Translations under genes and position numbers: made by a program
From: Octopus sinensis
Taxonomy: Eukaryota
Length of the DNA: 64,000 nt
Direction of reading: 5' to 3'
Assembly: GCF_006345805.1 (NCBI RefSeq)
Contig: NC_042997.1
Location: 113,584,001-113,648,000 of the forward strand
Part shown: one piece after another, positions 23,903 through 37,109 of the stretch
How the letters are laid out: every line of letters starts with the position of its first letter
Position numbering within the stretch: the stretch's first letter is position 1
Notes under the pieces: generated by a model
Database searches by the model: none
Seen by the model: the letters and a program-made list of their open reading frames with translations, nothing else
Told to the model about the DNA's origin: nothing

Positions 23903-26309
23903 TAAAGAGAGGGCTTATTGAATGTCTACTTGATCTATTGGTGAAATTTAGGGTGGTTCCACCTTGCAACTGTAGTTTTGGTACTGCAAAGAACCGAAGT
24001 CAAAGACAGACCTTCAGAAATTACCAAATGACAGTGTGCAGAGGAAGTGTGTAGAACTTTACTGTCTGACCTATTAGGTTTGCAGAAATATCAGTTTTTA
24101 TTTAGAAATACCACTCTTCATTTCAATCTTGGTTGTTTACTGACTTTTCGTATGACATTCACATCAGCTGGAGAACTGGAATCTACTGCAACACACATGT
24201 TTGGTTTTCCCGCCTCCATGAAATAGTATCTGTTGTGCTTAGAACTGAAGTCTGGCAGCAGAATTACGCGAGGATCTTCTCACCAATATTCCTTCTCCAC
24301 ACTGCAAGTATCAAGATTTTATTTAGTTTGTCTTTGTCAATTATTATGATGTTGATGGTTACAGGTTTTTCACTGGGTCACTGCATGTACAGTGGTCAGA
24401 GAGTATCGAGGGAGTGTCTGTGTACAATACGGGTGGAACAAATATCACAATGTTTTTTTTATTGTTCAGAAGCGATTGTTTATTTTATTTGACAACATTT
24501 TCATTTTTGTCAGTATACATCAGCAAAAGATATAAAAAATACACTCATTCATGTATGCGTGCACACACACACACATCATCATCATCATCATCATCATGTT
24601 TTTTTCCCATGCTGGCACACGTTGGATGGTTTCAAAGGTTCAAATGACTTGTAGGACACACATGTCTTACTCCAAGTCTCAGTTCTTGCGTAGTTTCTGT
24701 GGCTGGGTGTCTCTCCTAATGCCAACCACTCCAAGAGTGTAGTAGGTGCCTTTTACATGCCACCAGCACAAGTGCCATTGATATGACACCGGGCATGACC
24801 ATGATCTCACCTGGCTTGACAGGTCTACACAAGCACAGTACATCTGGTGATATTACTGGGGAATGCTTCTCAAGGGGAGACAATCACTTCTGGGTTTATT
24901 TTTTCCTGATGTTGAAAAATCATTATCAGAGAGTACAAGATTGTTCTGAAGAGGCTGGTGTTGGTGTGAACTTGCCATGAGCAGCAGAAAATCCAACATT
25001 TTTGGCAGCACTAGGCCATGTGCCTTCAGCATGTGTATGTGTGTATGTGTGTGTGTGTGTTTGTACGTATGTGAATGTATATGTATGTATGCATGTGTAT
25101 ATATATCATATATATATGTGTGTGTGTGAAGGTTCATGGCTTAGTGGTTAGGGTGTTGCACTCATGATTGTGAGATCGTGGGTTCAATTCTCAGACCGGG
25201 TGTTGCATTGTGTTCTTGAGCAAAAGCACTTCATTTCATGTTGCTCTGCGATCATTTTGACATCTGACATGTGACATCCATTGCACCTTTACAGGTAATG
25301 TCAATTTGATGGAGGGAGTGAGCTTATGTCTACACAAACATTTGATCACTATAAACAAATCATCTGTGTGGTTGGTTGTTTAGTAAGAAATTGTCGAACC
25401 CTCATACGTCACCTAACAACAGGAGAAATCGAAATCAAATTCGATGACTGGCATCTGTGCTAGTGGAGCGCTAAGAGTACCATACGAGTGAGATCGGAGC
25501 CAGAGCAACAAGCTGGCCTCCAAGCCAATGGCATTTAAAAAGCACCATTCAAGCATGATCATTACTGCGTCGCCTTACTAGTACTTGTGCTGGTGGCATG
25601 TAAAAAACATTTGAGCGAGGTCGTTGCCAGTGCCGCTGGACTGGCTCCTGTGCAGGTGGCACATAAAAAGCACCATTTGAGCATGGCCATTGCCAGTACT
25701 GCCTGACTGGTACTTGTACCGGTGGCACGTAAAAGCACCCACTACACTCTCGGAGAGGTTGGCGTTAGGAAGGGCATCCAGCTGTTGAAACTCTGCCAGA
25801 TCAGATTGGTGTCTGGTGCAGCCATCTGGTTTGCCAGACCTCAGTCAAATCGTCCAACCCATGCTAGCATGGAAAACAGATGTTAAACGATGATGATGAT
25901 GATGATATGGGGAAAAAGTCAAGGTAGAAAATGCTAAAATAATTTTATAAAAAATATTTCTGTACCGGTTTCAGTCATTGAGATCTTTTCAACTGTAAGT
26001 TTGGAAAACAATTAAATTTTGGAAAAATTAAAAGAAAAGTTTTTTAAAAGAATATTCGCATAGTATTCAAATACAAGGGGCATTTTCCTTGATTCTGCCT
26101 GTCTCTGTCTCTCTTGTTTACTCTTGCAGATCAACTTGTGTGTTCCTTTTCAACCTTCTACACACACATATATATAGACATATATATATATATATATATA
26201 TATATTAATAAAAATGGTAAGATAACAATAGAAAGAAAGAGACCTTGATATTATGTAAATAGAGGAATTTATCTGTAAATGTAATATGTGACAATTATTC
26301 AGTAGCCAA

Positions 26310-26370
26310 GATAAAACTCCAAGTTTCGGATGCCGAGGTGGAGATCCCCGCCACCATCTCTTCAGTTATC
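26310..26370 (-). ncRNA. Type I hammerhead ribozyme motif (third family)
   Basis: Minus strand GAUAA-CUGAAGA-GAUG..(GUGG/CCAC)..CAUC-C-GAAAC-UUGGA-GUU-UUAUC; perfect 5-bp stem I GAUAA/UUAUC; stem III ACU/AGU. Confidence 0.7.
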
Positions 26371-26719
26371 CAGCCATATGGATGGTGGTTGCCTCACCTT
26401 GTACATTATTAGTATTGTTTTCTTGAATCTAGTCACATTTACAAAATGACTTTTCTGTCCAACTGCAAACTGTTTAAATAAACAACACAATGAAAGAAGA
26501 CTTTCTCAGCAATGCCACTCTGCTACTATACACTGACCAAATGTTGTTTTGGCCTTGGAAGATTTTGCATACAATAAGATCTGTGAATTAAACTGTTTAC
26601 AGTTTATCAGTTAAAACCATGCAACAAAATAATCTCTTAAAGGATTAAGAGATTACTTTCATTTAATCAATCTGGCCAAACCCAAAATACTTCTGGTATG
26701 TGTCAACACAATATAGAGC

Positions 26720-27020
26720 AACAGTTTTCAACTGGGGTCCATGTAAGCAAAATAGGAAAATTGGGGGTCCGTATTAGTATTTTAAAGGTCCAGTGGAAAA
26801 CTTTTGGTTTAGACATATTCATTGCTAGAAACAGTTAAATTTCTTTCTCGAATGTTTTTCATTGTTCAAACTACTCAGGTTAACGTGTGAAAAGTAAAAC
26901 AGGAATTTTGAATGAAGCATCTTGAAAACTAGTTTTTAAACATCAAATGGCTTTGGGAGTTCTCTGGAATAAAATAGTATTTTCAGGGGTCCACAGATTA
27001 AGAAAAGTTGTGAGCCATTG
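26720..27020. mobile_element. Degenerate hAT-like MITE
   Basis: Resembles 30825-31083 (TTTTCAACTGGGGTCCAT...GGGGTCCAC...AAAAGTTGTGAGCCATTG); ends are degenerate. Confidence 0.5.
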
Positions 27021-27027
27021 TTTTAGA

Positions 27028-27375
27028 CTTTGTACTTGTACTTGTGACAACGTTCACCCAGGGCGGGTTGAGCCGGCTTCTTCTCTGGACCTGACGGCAT
27101 CACGAACCATGGCGGCCCAAGCTCAACGGTCCTGTGCAAGGTCACTGGAGATTGCGAGCCATTCGTGGTTCCATCTGCACAGACCGACCTCCTGCGGACC
27201 TGAGAGTTCGGAGAGGTCCTCCTTTATCGCCTTTGCCCAGGTCTTCAGCTGCCCGCCCATGTATTTGCGCCAGTTGGGAAGTGGAGGTGGGAGGAGGACA
27301 TCACAAATCAGCTCACTCTTTGGACACCAGGCTGCATGAATGAACCACCTTAAGTGCCGTTGTAGAAGCACTGAA
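27028..27375 (-). pseudogene. 3' end of an RTE-type LINE with (CAAGTA)n tail
   Basis: Minus-strand ORF RHLRWFIHAAWCPKSELICDVLLPPPLPNWRKYMGGQLKTWAKAIKEDL...RWNHEWLAISSDLAQDR, homologous to 13176-13538; tail seen as ACTTGT repeats at about 27028-27047. Confidence 0.8.
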
Positions 27376-29319
27376 GGGAGGGGCCAGAGATTCAGGCGAT
27401 GACGAAGACTGGCTGTAGGAACTGTTTTAGAGGAAGAATTCCAACCATGTTTCGTGGTTTGCTACTTCAACAGCTCCTTTATAAAATCCAGTGGCTAAAG
27501 ACATCATCAGGCGGAACCATGTCCGGTTTCAGCCCCTACCCTTCTTCTGTTTGCGACGTGGTGCCCTCTTCTTTCAGAGGTGTCTTCAGCTCTGGTATTG
27601 AGTACATTTCTTCTTTCTCTATTTTTTTTTATTCTTTGGTTTCTTCGCTGCAGCGTCAACAAATCTCAGTGGGCAAGTGACCATCCTGCCAAATTTTCCT
27701 TTGTGGGTTGGAGGAAGTGAAAATACTGTCTGTTATCATAATCATAACCATCATCACCATCAGTGTTATTACCATCATCATCATCGTTTTAATGTCTCTA
27801 TTTTTTCCATGCTTGCATGGGTCTGACAAAACTTATTGAGGCAGATTTTGTATGGCCAAATGTCCTTCCTGTCACCGAACTTCACCTGTTTCCAAATAAG
27901 ATAATATTTTTCTCCATGGCCAGACATGTTTTCATGGAAGATTGGAACTGAAGGATACCACATGCATGATGGTGATACTCATTTACATTCATCATGTGGG
28001 ATGAACACAGGGGTACACAAACATACACACAAAAATATACATTCATACATACATATATATACACAACAGGCTTGTCATCATTTAACATCTGTTTCAGGAA
28101 GGGCATCCAGCTCCAATCTGATCTGGCAATGTTTTTACAGCTGGATGCCCTTCCTAACACCAACCACTCCAAAAGTGTAGTGGGTTCCTTTTACATGCCA
28201 CCGGCACGGGAGCCAGTCAGGGCAGGGGGGGGGGGGCTAACATCGACCACATTCAGATAATGCTTTTTACGTGCCACTGCACAGGGAGCCAGTCAGGCAG
28301 CATTGGCGATGATCCATGAATGAATGGTGCTTATTGAGTGCCACTAGCACAAGAGTCAGTCAGGTGGCACTGGGAAATGTCACAACTACAATTTTCATTT
28401 GATTTTGTATACAATGAGCTTACATATATACATTTACGATGGGCTTCTTTCAGTTTCCATCTACCAAATCCACTCACAAGTTTTTGATTGGTCTGGAGTT
28501 TTAGTAGAAGACACTTAGCCAAGGTAACTCACAGAGGGATTGAACTCAAAACCTCATGGTTGGGAAGCAAGCTTTTCAACGACAGAACCATACTTACTGT
28601 CACGAGCTGGCAAAATGCTCAGCAGTATTTCATCTGTTGCTATGTTGAGTTCAAACTCCACTGAGTTCGACTTTGCCTTTCATCCTTTCAGGGTCGATAA
28701 ATTAAGTACCAGTCAAGTTCTGGGGTCGATGTGATCAATTGTTCTCCCTCCTCATAAAAATCCAGGCTTTGTGACAATAGCAGAAAGTATTATGAGCAAC
28801 ATCACCATCATCAACATTACTATCATCTCAACAAGATTACCACCATCATCATCATCATCATCATCATCAACATCACCAACATCACAATTTCAGTATCTCC
28901 ATTATCATTGCCCTCATCACCACCATCCCCAACAACATTCCCATCATCATCACCATCATTGCCATCAGCAGCAGCCGCAGTAGAGACAGGATTTACCTTG
29001 TAACCTAATATTTATTGATTTTTTTCCTCCACAGCCGATAGCGAAAAGATCAATCAATGCACAATGTAATTGTGTCAGTTTGGTTTGAATACATTATCTG
29101 GAATGAATCCTTGTGTGGAGAGGGAGAGGGGATTGACCAATCTGGAGGAGGGGAAAGATCCAGAGATATTGAGCCGGTGGGTGGAGGAGATGCAGCAGCA
29201 GCCGACCATTTTCTTGGCTTTCTGTCTTGAACACACACACACACGCACAGAAATGGGGATATGTATGGGTGTGTTTGTATATAGGCATGCATATATAAAC
29301 GTATGCATGTGTGTGTTTG

Positions 29320-29597
29320 TTATTGCCCAAGCATATGGTCCTTGGTTCAATCCCACTGCATAGCAAGTGTCTTCTACTATATAGTCTTGGACCAGTCAAA
29401 ACCCTGAAAGTGGATTTGGTAGGGGAAACTGAGAGAAGCTCATTGTGTGTGTGTTTGTTATTTCCCAAGCACATGGTCCTTGGTTCAATCCCACTGCATG
29501 GCAAGTGTCTACTACTATATAGCCTTGGATCAGTCAAAGCCTTGAGAGTGGATTTGGTAGAGGAAACTGAGAGAAGCTCATTGTGTGTGTATGTGAC

Positions 29598-29653
<56 letters not shown>

Positions 29654-29785
29654 CCCAAGCACATGGTCCTTGGTTCAATTCCACTGCATGGCAAGTGTCT
29701 TCTACTATATAGCTTTGGATAAGTCAAAGCCTTGAGAGTGGATTTGGTAGGGGAAACTGAGAGAAGCTCATTGTGTGTGTGTGTA
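29320..29785 (+). repeat. Tandem triplication of a ~138-bp SINE-B-derived unit separated by (TG)n
   Basis: Units start at about 29320, 29458 and 29648 (TTATTTCCCAAGCACATGGTCCTTGGTTCAAT...GAGAGAAGCTCATTGTGTG). Confidence 0.9.
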
Positions 29786-30030
29786 TGTAATGGTACAAGT
29801 CATGAAAGGGTCAGAGAGAGAATTATAGTGAAGCTAATCTGAGTGAGACTTAATTGAGAAGGGTTATGGTTTGGATGAGTGCCAGGGTGTAGAACCACCA
29901 ATGCAATCTTCATAGTGAAGCAACTGCAGGGGGCGAAGTTCTTAACCAATCCCAAACCATTGCACCTATCACCTGGAGGTTTAGAGAAGTTTTGAAACAG
30001 AGAAACAGGGTCCAGAATCACGATGCTTAA

Positions 30031-30251
30031 CCCTTTTGTTACCAACCCGGCTGAAACCGGCTCTGGCTCTGTTGTACAAATGTCTTGTTTTCTTAAGGTT
30101 TTAATTAAAATTTTCCACCAAACCTTAGTCACAATTTATGTTCCTAACACTAGCTGAATGATAACTAAGTTATTTTACTAAATTCTTTGTTATATTTAAA
30201 GTAATTGAAAGAAACACAGAACATCTCAAAATAAATACAGTAACGAAAGGG
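30031..30251. mobile_element. piggyBac-like MITE, opposite orientation; shares its right TTAA with a truncated next copy
   Basis: TTAA|CCCTTTTGTTAC ... GTAACGAAAGGG|TTAA|CCCTTTTGTTAC. Confidence 0.85.
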
Positions 30252-30824
30252 TTAACCCTTTTGTTACAATATTTCTGTTGAAATCTATGTCTTTGCTTCA
30301 ATTAAGTTTGAAGTTACTCTTTACTCTCTTTACTGTTTTACTTGTTTCCAGTCATTTGACTGTGGCCATGCTGGAGCACTGCCTTTAGTCGAACAAATCG
30401 ACCCCAGGACTTCTTCTTTGTAAGCCTAATACTTATTTTATCGTTCTCTTATGCTGAAGCACTAAGTTACGGGGATGTAAACGCACCAGCATCGGTTGTC
30501 AAGCGATGTTGGGGTGGGGGTGGGGGAAAGCACTGACACACAAACATATACACACACTCACACATATATACACATATATACGATGGGCTTCTTTCAGTTT
30601 CTGTCTACCAAATCCACTCACAAGGCTTTGGTCGGCCCGAGGCTATAGTAGAATACACTTGCCCAAGGTGCCATGCAGTGGGACGGAACCCAGCACCATG
30701 TGGTTCATAAGCAAGCTACTTACCACACAGCCACTCCTATGCCTATAGTTCTTGAAGAATTTAGTGAAATTATTTTGTTGTTATTAAAGTGGTGCTTGGA
30801 ACATTAATTAACATCTAATTTCGA

Positions 30825-31083
30825 TCAGTGGTTCTCAGCTGGGGTTCATATGGTCCTTGCAGGGGTCCATGTAAGATTTTGTCTTTTAAATTCATGTGCA
30901 ATAAATTAGTTGTACTTCTGCAAGACACAAAATATTTTGACAACCATTTTCTACAATTCTTAATTTTATTCAATTATAAGAACACGTAAAGATTTTTTTA
31001 AACACTGAATGGTTAGGAGGGTGCAGTAAAGCAAAATAGGAATCAAAAAGGGTCCACTGGTAAAAAATGGTTGAAAACCACCA
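30825..31083. mobile_element. hAT-like MITE
   Basis: CAGTGGTTCTCAGC...GGTTGAAAACCACC imperfect inverted termini. Confidence 0.6.
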
Positions 31084-31181
31084 ATTTAGATCAATATAAA
31101 ATATAAATTACAGAGATGTACTTGCATAGCAAGTGACTTGATCTGAGATCATGGGCTGAAAGAAAAAAATCTGCAGCAGGG

Positions 31182-31658
31182 AAGATGTTTGTAAGCCATT
31201 TAAGAACACACAAAAACCCGTTAGTTTCACTTCAACATTTAAACCTTTCATTACTGTATTTATTTTGAGATGCTCTGTGTTTCTTTCAATTAATTTTAAA
31301 TATAACAAAGAATTTAGTGAAATAACTTAATTATCATTAAGCTAGTGTTAGGAACATAAATTGTGACTAAGGTTTGGTGGAAGATTTTAATTTAAAACTT
31401 TTGAAAACAAGACATTTGTACTACAGAGCCAGAGCTGGTTTTAGGTGGGTTGGTAATGAAAGGGTTAAACTTAATTTGTGTCAAAATATTTTCATAGCTT
31501 TGAAACCGTGACCTGTTCATTGACAAAACTTCGAAGTTTTGTCAGTGAACAGGTCACGGTTTCAAAGCTACAAACATATTTTGACACAAATTAAGTTTAA
31601 ATGTTGAAGTGAAACCAACGGTTTTTTTGTGTGTTCTTAAATGGCTTACAAACATCTT
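31182..31658. repeat. Loopless ~125-bp-arm palindrome with a MITE inserted in the left arm
   Basis: Centre AAAACTTC|GAAGTTTT at 31532/31533; arms match out to AAGATGTTTGTAAGCC / GGCTTACAAACATCTT once 31243-31468 is removed. Confidence 0.9.
31243..31464. mobile_element. piggyBac-like MITE
   Basis: TTAA TSD at 31239-31242 and 31465-31468; GTAATGAAAGGG right end. Confidence 0.85.
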
Positions 31659-31789
31659 ACACACTGAAATTAAATATAAAATTTATATTATAGATCCAGG
31701 GCTATTCCAGGCATGTTGGTATCAAAAGAAATGTGAATTTAAGCTAAGAGGAAAGACTTAGCAGTAAAAATAATAGAATAGAATAACTA

Positions 31790-32400
31790 TTATCTTGGAA
31801 GTAGCCATGGTCAGTATGCAGAAACAGAGCAGGTAGGCACTGTATACCAGTAGGCACTGTATATTGCATAGCAATACAAACATTGTGCATACAAAGTGTG
31901 CAGTGAGATCTTGGCAGAAAGATGTTTTTGATAATGGAAAAGATGTTTTTCATACGTAACAGATATACAGGAGTTGTTTGCAGTTAGAGTTAGCCAAAAA
32001 ATGAAGCCTTTTGACTGCTCAGATAGAATTAGCTGATAGCTTCTGTTACCAAGGTGATCTAATAACACAGTTATCAGTAGTGGAGGTGAGTGTATTGAAA
32101 GCATAGCAGCCAAATTAAGAACAGACGAAAAAATTTCAAGGAGTTTTATTGCCTTAGTTGGCAAAGAGAGTGAAAGGCGAGTTGTGTGATGTTTGCTTAG
32201 GAAATACATTATTATATGGCATGAAAACAGGGACATGTAATGGAAAGATTTGCCAAGATTGTTCAGAAGGAAAATGCTTGGATGCGTTGACATACATGAG
32301 CCATGGCTCATAAAGGAAGTGATTGGCAGGGGCATGTGGCTATAAAAGAAACCAGATGTTGTGTTCAAGATTAAAGACTGCAGTTGATGCATATAGTCTG
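31790..32400 (+). pseudogene. Old, heavily frameshifted RTE RT/thumb fragment
   Basis: Patches DSFCYQGDL..SSGGECIESIAA..KRVKGELCDVC..LLYG align by eye with DSFRYLGD..SSGGGCAESVTA..LRVKGRLYDAC..MLHG of the 49-50 kb ORF. Confidence 0.65.
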
Positions 32401-34359
32401 TGCTTGTAGAAATATGTGATACATACAGTCGAGTGAAGAAATATCAAACAATCCAAATGTAATAAAAAGCTTGTGGAAGGAAAAGGACATGGGCAGAATT
32501 AAGTACAGATGTGTGTGTGTGTGTGCTTCCTTGTCTTGTCATCATGTGATAGTTGTAAATGAGTGTCACTGTCATACAAGCGGTGTCATTCCTTTCCAAT
32601 ATTCTACAAAAACATGTCTGGCTATGGAGAAACTATTACTTTGCTTGGAAACAAATGAAGGTTGGTGACAGGAAGGGTGCCCAGCCAAAGAAAATCTACC
32701 TCACTGAATTCCATCCAATCCATGGAAAAGAGGATATTAAAATGAAAATAAAAGATGGTGAGCCGTCAGAATCATGAGGAAGCCAGGAAAAATGCTTAGT
32801 GTCCGTTTGTCTTTACATTCTGAGTTCAAATTCTGCCAAGGTCAACCTTGCTTTTCACTTTTTTGGAGTTGATAAAAAAGGTACCAGCTGAGCATTGGGG
32901 TTGATGTAATCGACTTGCCCTCAGCTCCTGAAATTGCTGGCCTTGTGCCAAAATTAGAAACCAGTAGAAAATCTTCTGTATTTTAAGTTGTGTTCAGTCT
33001 AAAGCACTTTCATCAGGAGTGGCTGTGTGGTAAGTAGCTTGCTTATCAACTACATGGTTCCGGGTTCAGTCCCATTGCATGGTATCTTGGGCAAGTGTCT
33101 TCTATAGCCTCAGGCCAACCAAAGCCTTATGAGTGGATTTGGTAGACGGAAACTGAAAGAAGCCTATCATATATACATATGTGTATGTATGTTTGTGTGC
33201 ATGTCTGTGTTTGTCCCCCACACCATCGCTTGACAACTGATGGTGGTTTGTCTACATCACCGTAACTTCGCAGTTCGGCAAAAGAGGCCAATAGAATAAG
33301 TACTAGGCTTACAAAGAATAAGTCCTGGGGTCGATGTGTTCGGCTAAAAATATGATGCTCCAGCATCATATTAAATAAGTACCAGTTACGCACTGGGGTC
33401 GATGTAATCGACTTAATCCATTTGTCTGTCCTTGTTTGTCCTCTCTTTGTTTAGCCCTCTGTGGGTAGTAAAGAAATAGGTTGTTGATTTATTTATTTTG
33501 GAAGTGTCAAGGAACATGGGGGAAAAGTTATTTTAGACAACAGTACAAACCTCAAGCGCCAAAAGCATCAGCTTTCTCTTGGTTTGTTTGTTTCTTTGTT
33601 TTTTCCATAGTAAAAATCACTGTCAAGAGGTTGTAAGTAGTCTCTGTGAGGCGGGTGGGGGGTGGCTGAGCTGGGGCTGCAACTGTTTTCTCTTATCAGT
33701 AGATAGCAGTGCTGGTGGTGAAGGTGATGGGAGTTGTTTGTTTTCGCTTCTTTTTTTGCTTCTTTGCTTTTGTTTTTTCTGATGTTAAAATGTTTTAATA
33801 TTTTAATCAAGCAGGATTAATCCCTCCCACATCAGCGTTTCTGAATTACTGTTATATATTATTATATACACTCATACGCACGCACACACACACATATATG
33901 TAATGCAGCTATATATATATATCTGTATCTATATCTATCTATATATATATTTATATATGTTCTTTCTATTCTTTTACTTGTTTATCATTTGACTGTGGCC
34001 ATGCTGGAGCACCACCTTTAGTTGAACAAATTGACTCCAGGACTCATTCTTTGTAAGCCTAATACTTATTCTATCAGTCTCTTTTGCTGAACCACTAAGT
34101 TACGGGGATGTGAACTCAACAGCATTGGTTGTCAAGCGATGATGGGGGGCACAAACAGATACACAAACACACACACACATATATATACGACGGGCTTCTA
34201 TCAGTTTCCGTCTACCAAATCCACTCACAAGGGTTTGGTTGGCCCGAGGCTGTAGTAGAAGACATTTGCCTAAGGTATCATGCAGTGGGACTGAACCCAG
34301 AACTATGTGGTTGGTAAGCAAGCTACTTACTCTATATATATATATATACATATATATAT

Positions 34360-34394
<35 letters not shown>

Positions 34395-35102
34395 TACACA
34401 CATCTGAAAATGTTGGCACAAATGTGGCTCTGTGATGAAAAGATTGCATCTCAACCACATGGTTCTGGGTTCAGTCTCATTGTGTGGCACTATGAGTAAG
34501 TGTCTCCTGCTATAGCCTTGGGCCGACTGGAGCCTTGTGAGTGGATTTGGTAGACAGAAACTGAAAGAAGCCCATCATGTGTGTGTGTCTTTGAGTCTGT
34601 GTTTGTCCCCCACCTACATCACTTCACAACCAGTGCTGGTGTGTTTACATCCCTAGAAATAAAGAATGCAGTTATCAATAAAAGCATTAAAGCTAATGCA
34701 TGCAAGATCTCACAAGCCTAGCATCACTCCTTCATAGCTTCTGAAATTTTCAACCCACCCTCATACTGTCCCTCTTATCCATTGCCATGATGGCAGCTAA
34801 AGTAGAAATCGTTGATATTATTATTAAAGCAGTGAGCTGGCGGATTCGTTATGCACATTGGGCAAAATGCTTAACTGCATTTCGTTCTGAGTTCAAATTC
34901 CACCAAAGTCAACTTTCCCTGTCATCCTTTCAGGGGTGATAAAAATAAGTACCAGTTGAGTACTGGGGTCAATGTAATCAACTATCCCCCTCCCCCACAT
35001 TTCAGGCCTTGTGCCTGTAGTAGAAAGGATTCTTCTTCTTCTTCTTCTTCTCCTCCCCTTCCTCTCCTCCTCCTCCTCCTCCTTCTTCTTCTTCTCTTCT
35101 TC

Positions 35103-35143
<41 letters not shown>

Positions 35144-35379
35144 AATATTATTTGAGGCGACAAGCTAGCAGAATTGTTAGCATGCTGAACTGTATTTTGC
35201 CTGTTGCTACATTCTGAGTTCAAATTCCACCAAGGTTGACTTTGTCTTTCTTCCTTTCGGGGTTCATAAATTAAGTATCAGTTGCATACTAGAGTCGATC
35301 TAATCGACTGCCCCACCCTCCACCCAAAATTTCGGGCCTTGTGCCTATAGTACTAAGGATTATTATTATCATTATTATT

Positions 35380-35839
35380 GAGTGAGAGAGCAGTGCATGC
35401 CATCAAAGTGACACTGGGGTAAAATAGACAAAGCCCAGTATACCCATCGTGACTACCCATTTTATAAAGGTACACTAGGCACATGCATCACAACCATATG
35501 GGCGCGACATGGTGATCTCATATCAAGATAAACACCGCATGAACATGCAGGGGGCGGGCAGTTAGAATTTTTCTTCTGGTCGAGTAACCCTTTCTGCTCA
35601 AAAGGTCTCTGAATAAGGTTTTGTTTAAGGATGTTGAACAAAACACCCATGTTTCCAGAGGTGAATTATTCAAACCCCAAAGAATCCCTCTCAACACATG
35701 GCTATGATGCTCTCCCACTACTTCTGCTCATGATCAGAGATGCACATATCGTCAGCCACTAAGGGACATGCTCAACTGGTTATGGTCAAACAACTGACAA
35801 ACAAACATGTGGTATTGAGCAGAATATTTGCTGTAGTCC
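35380..35839 (-). mobile_element. Second, 5'-truncated copy of the (AAT)n-flanked repeat
   Basis: Reverse complement of part of 11456-12010; (ATT)n on both sides. Confidence 0.8.
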
Positions 35840-36461
35840 ATATTATCATTATTATTATTGTTATTATTATTAAGTTCCACCTGGAAAGGGAAGTGCTAAC
35901 TTCCAGTGAATTTGTAAAAAGATGGGTGACAGTGGCACACATAGTTTAAAGTGAATGGCCCTACTCTAAGTATGCACCTTTTGATTGGAGAACAGGAGAG
36001 AGGGCTTGTATCTTTATTGGCCCAAGTATTCTTGGATCTATGGGGTCCTTTGATTGGTCCCCTAGCTGGAGTTTCTCCTCTATCAGGAGAACCGTATCAT
36101 TCATATATATCACATACTTTGTATATTCTGCATCCTTTCATCACATTCCACTGTTTTCTCCTAAGTATCCTAATTACAGTTTCCTGCAACAGCACTAAAG
36201 TAGCTTTTAGGCCCATTTCCTCTCTCCATTTGTTCAAATCTTTAGGAATAGTTCCTTTTCTATCATCCTCCCTGCCACTTTTTCCTTTTTTTTTTAAACC
36301 TTTTTATTTTATGCATATGTCCCTTTTCTTTAAGTGTATACCGTGTATACTTTCTTTCTTTCACTTTTTTTTAATCATTTCATTATAAGTAAACCCTTAC
36401 ACTTCATATCTGTCTTTGTATTGTCCCCCTCACCCTTTGCCCTTGTGGCAAATAAATTAAA

Positions 36462-36496
<35 letters not shown>

Positions 36497-37109
36497 TTGA
36501 ACTTGACAAAGACAGGTGTACTGTTGAAATATCGTTCAACTAATAAAATATCTTACAATCGAATTGCACTCTTCATCCATCATGACTGTTTACCTTTGTG
36601 AAGAGTTATGTCACAATCCTTTTTAAAATATTATTATTATTATTTAAGGCAGCAAGCTGGCAGAATCGTTAGCATGCTGGACAAAATGTTTGGCAGTATT
36701 TCGCCTGTCACTACTTTCTGAGTTCAAATTCCACCAAAGTTGACTTTGCCTTTCATCCTTTCAGTGTTGATAGATTAAGTACCTGTTGAGTCCTGGGGTC
36801 AATCTAATCAACTGTCCCCCTCATCACAAAATCCGGCCTGGTGCCTTTAGTAGAAATGATTAATATTATTATTATAATTAAGGCATTGAGCTGGCAGAAT
36901 CGTTAGCACGCTGGGCAAAATGCTTAGCGGTATTTCATCTGCTGCTATATTCTGAGTTCAAATTCCGCCAAGGTTGACTTTACCTTTAATCCTTTCGGGG
37001 TCGATAAATTAAGTACCAATTACGCACTGGGGTTGATGTAATTGACTTAATCCCTTTGTCTGTCCTTGTTTGTCCCCTCTATGTTTAGCCCCTTGCGGTT
37101 AGTAAAGAA

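Noticed and set aside
24133-24492. 119-aa ORF in apparently non-repetitive sequence
   Set aside because: Non-ATG start, no recognisable motif and no supporting splice sites in any frame.
31811-32392. 193-aa minus-strand ORF
   Set aside because: Antisense shadow of a decayed plus-strand RTE fragment.
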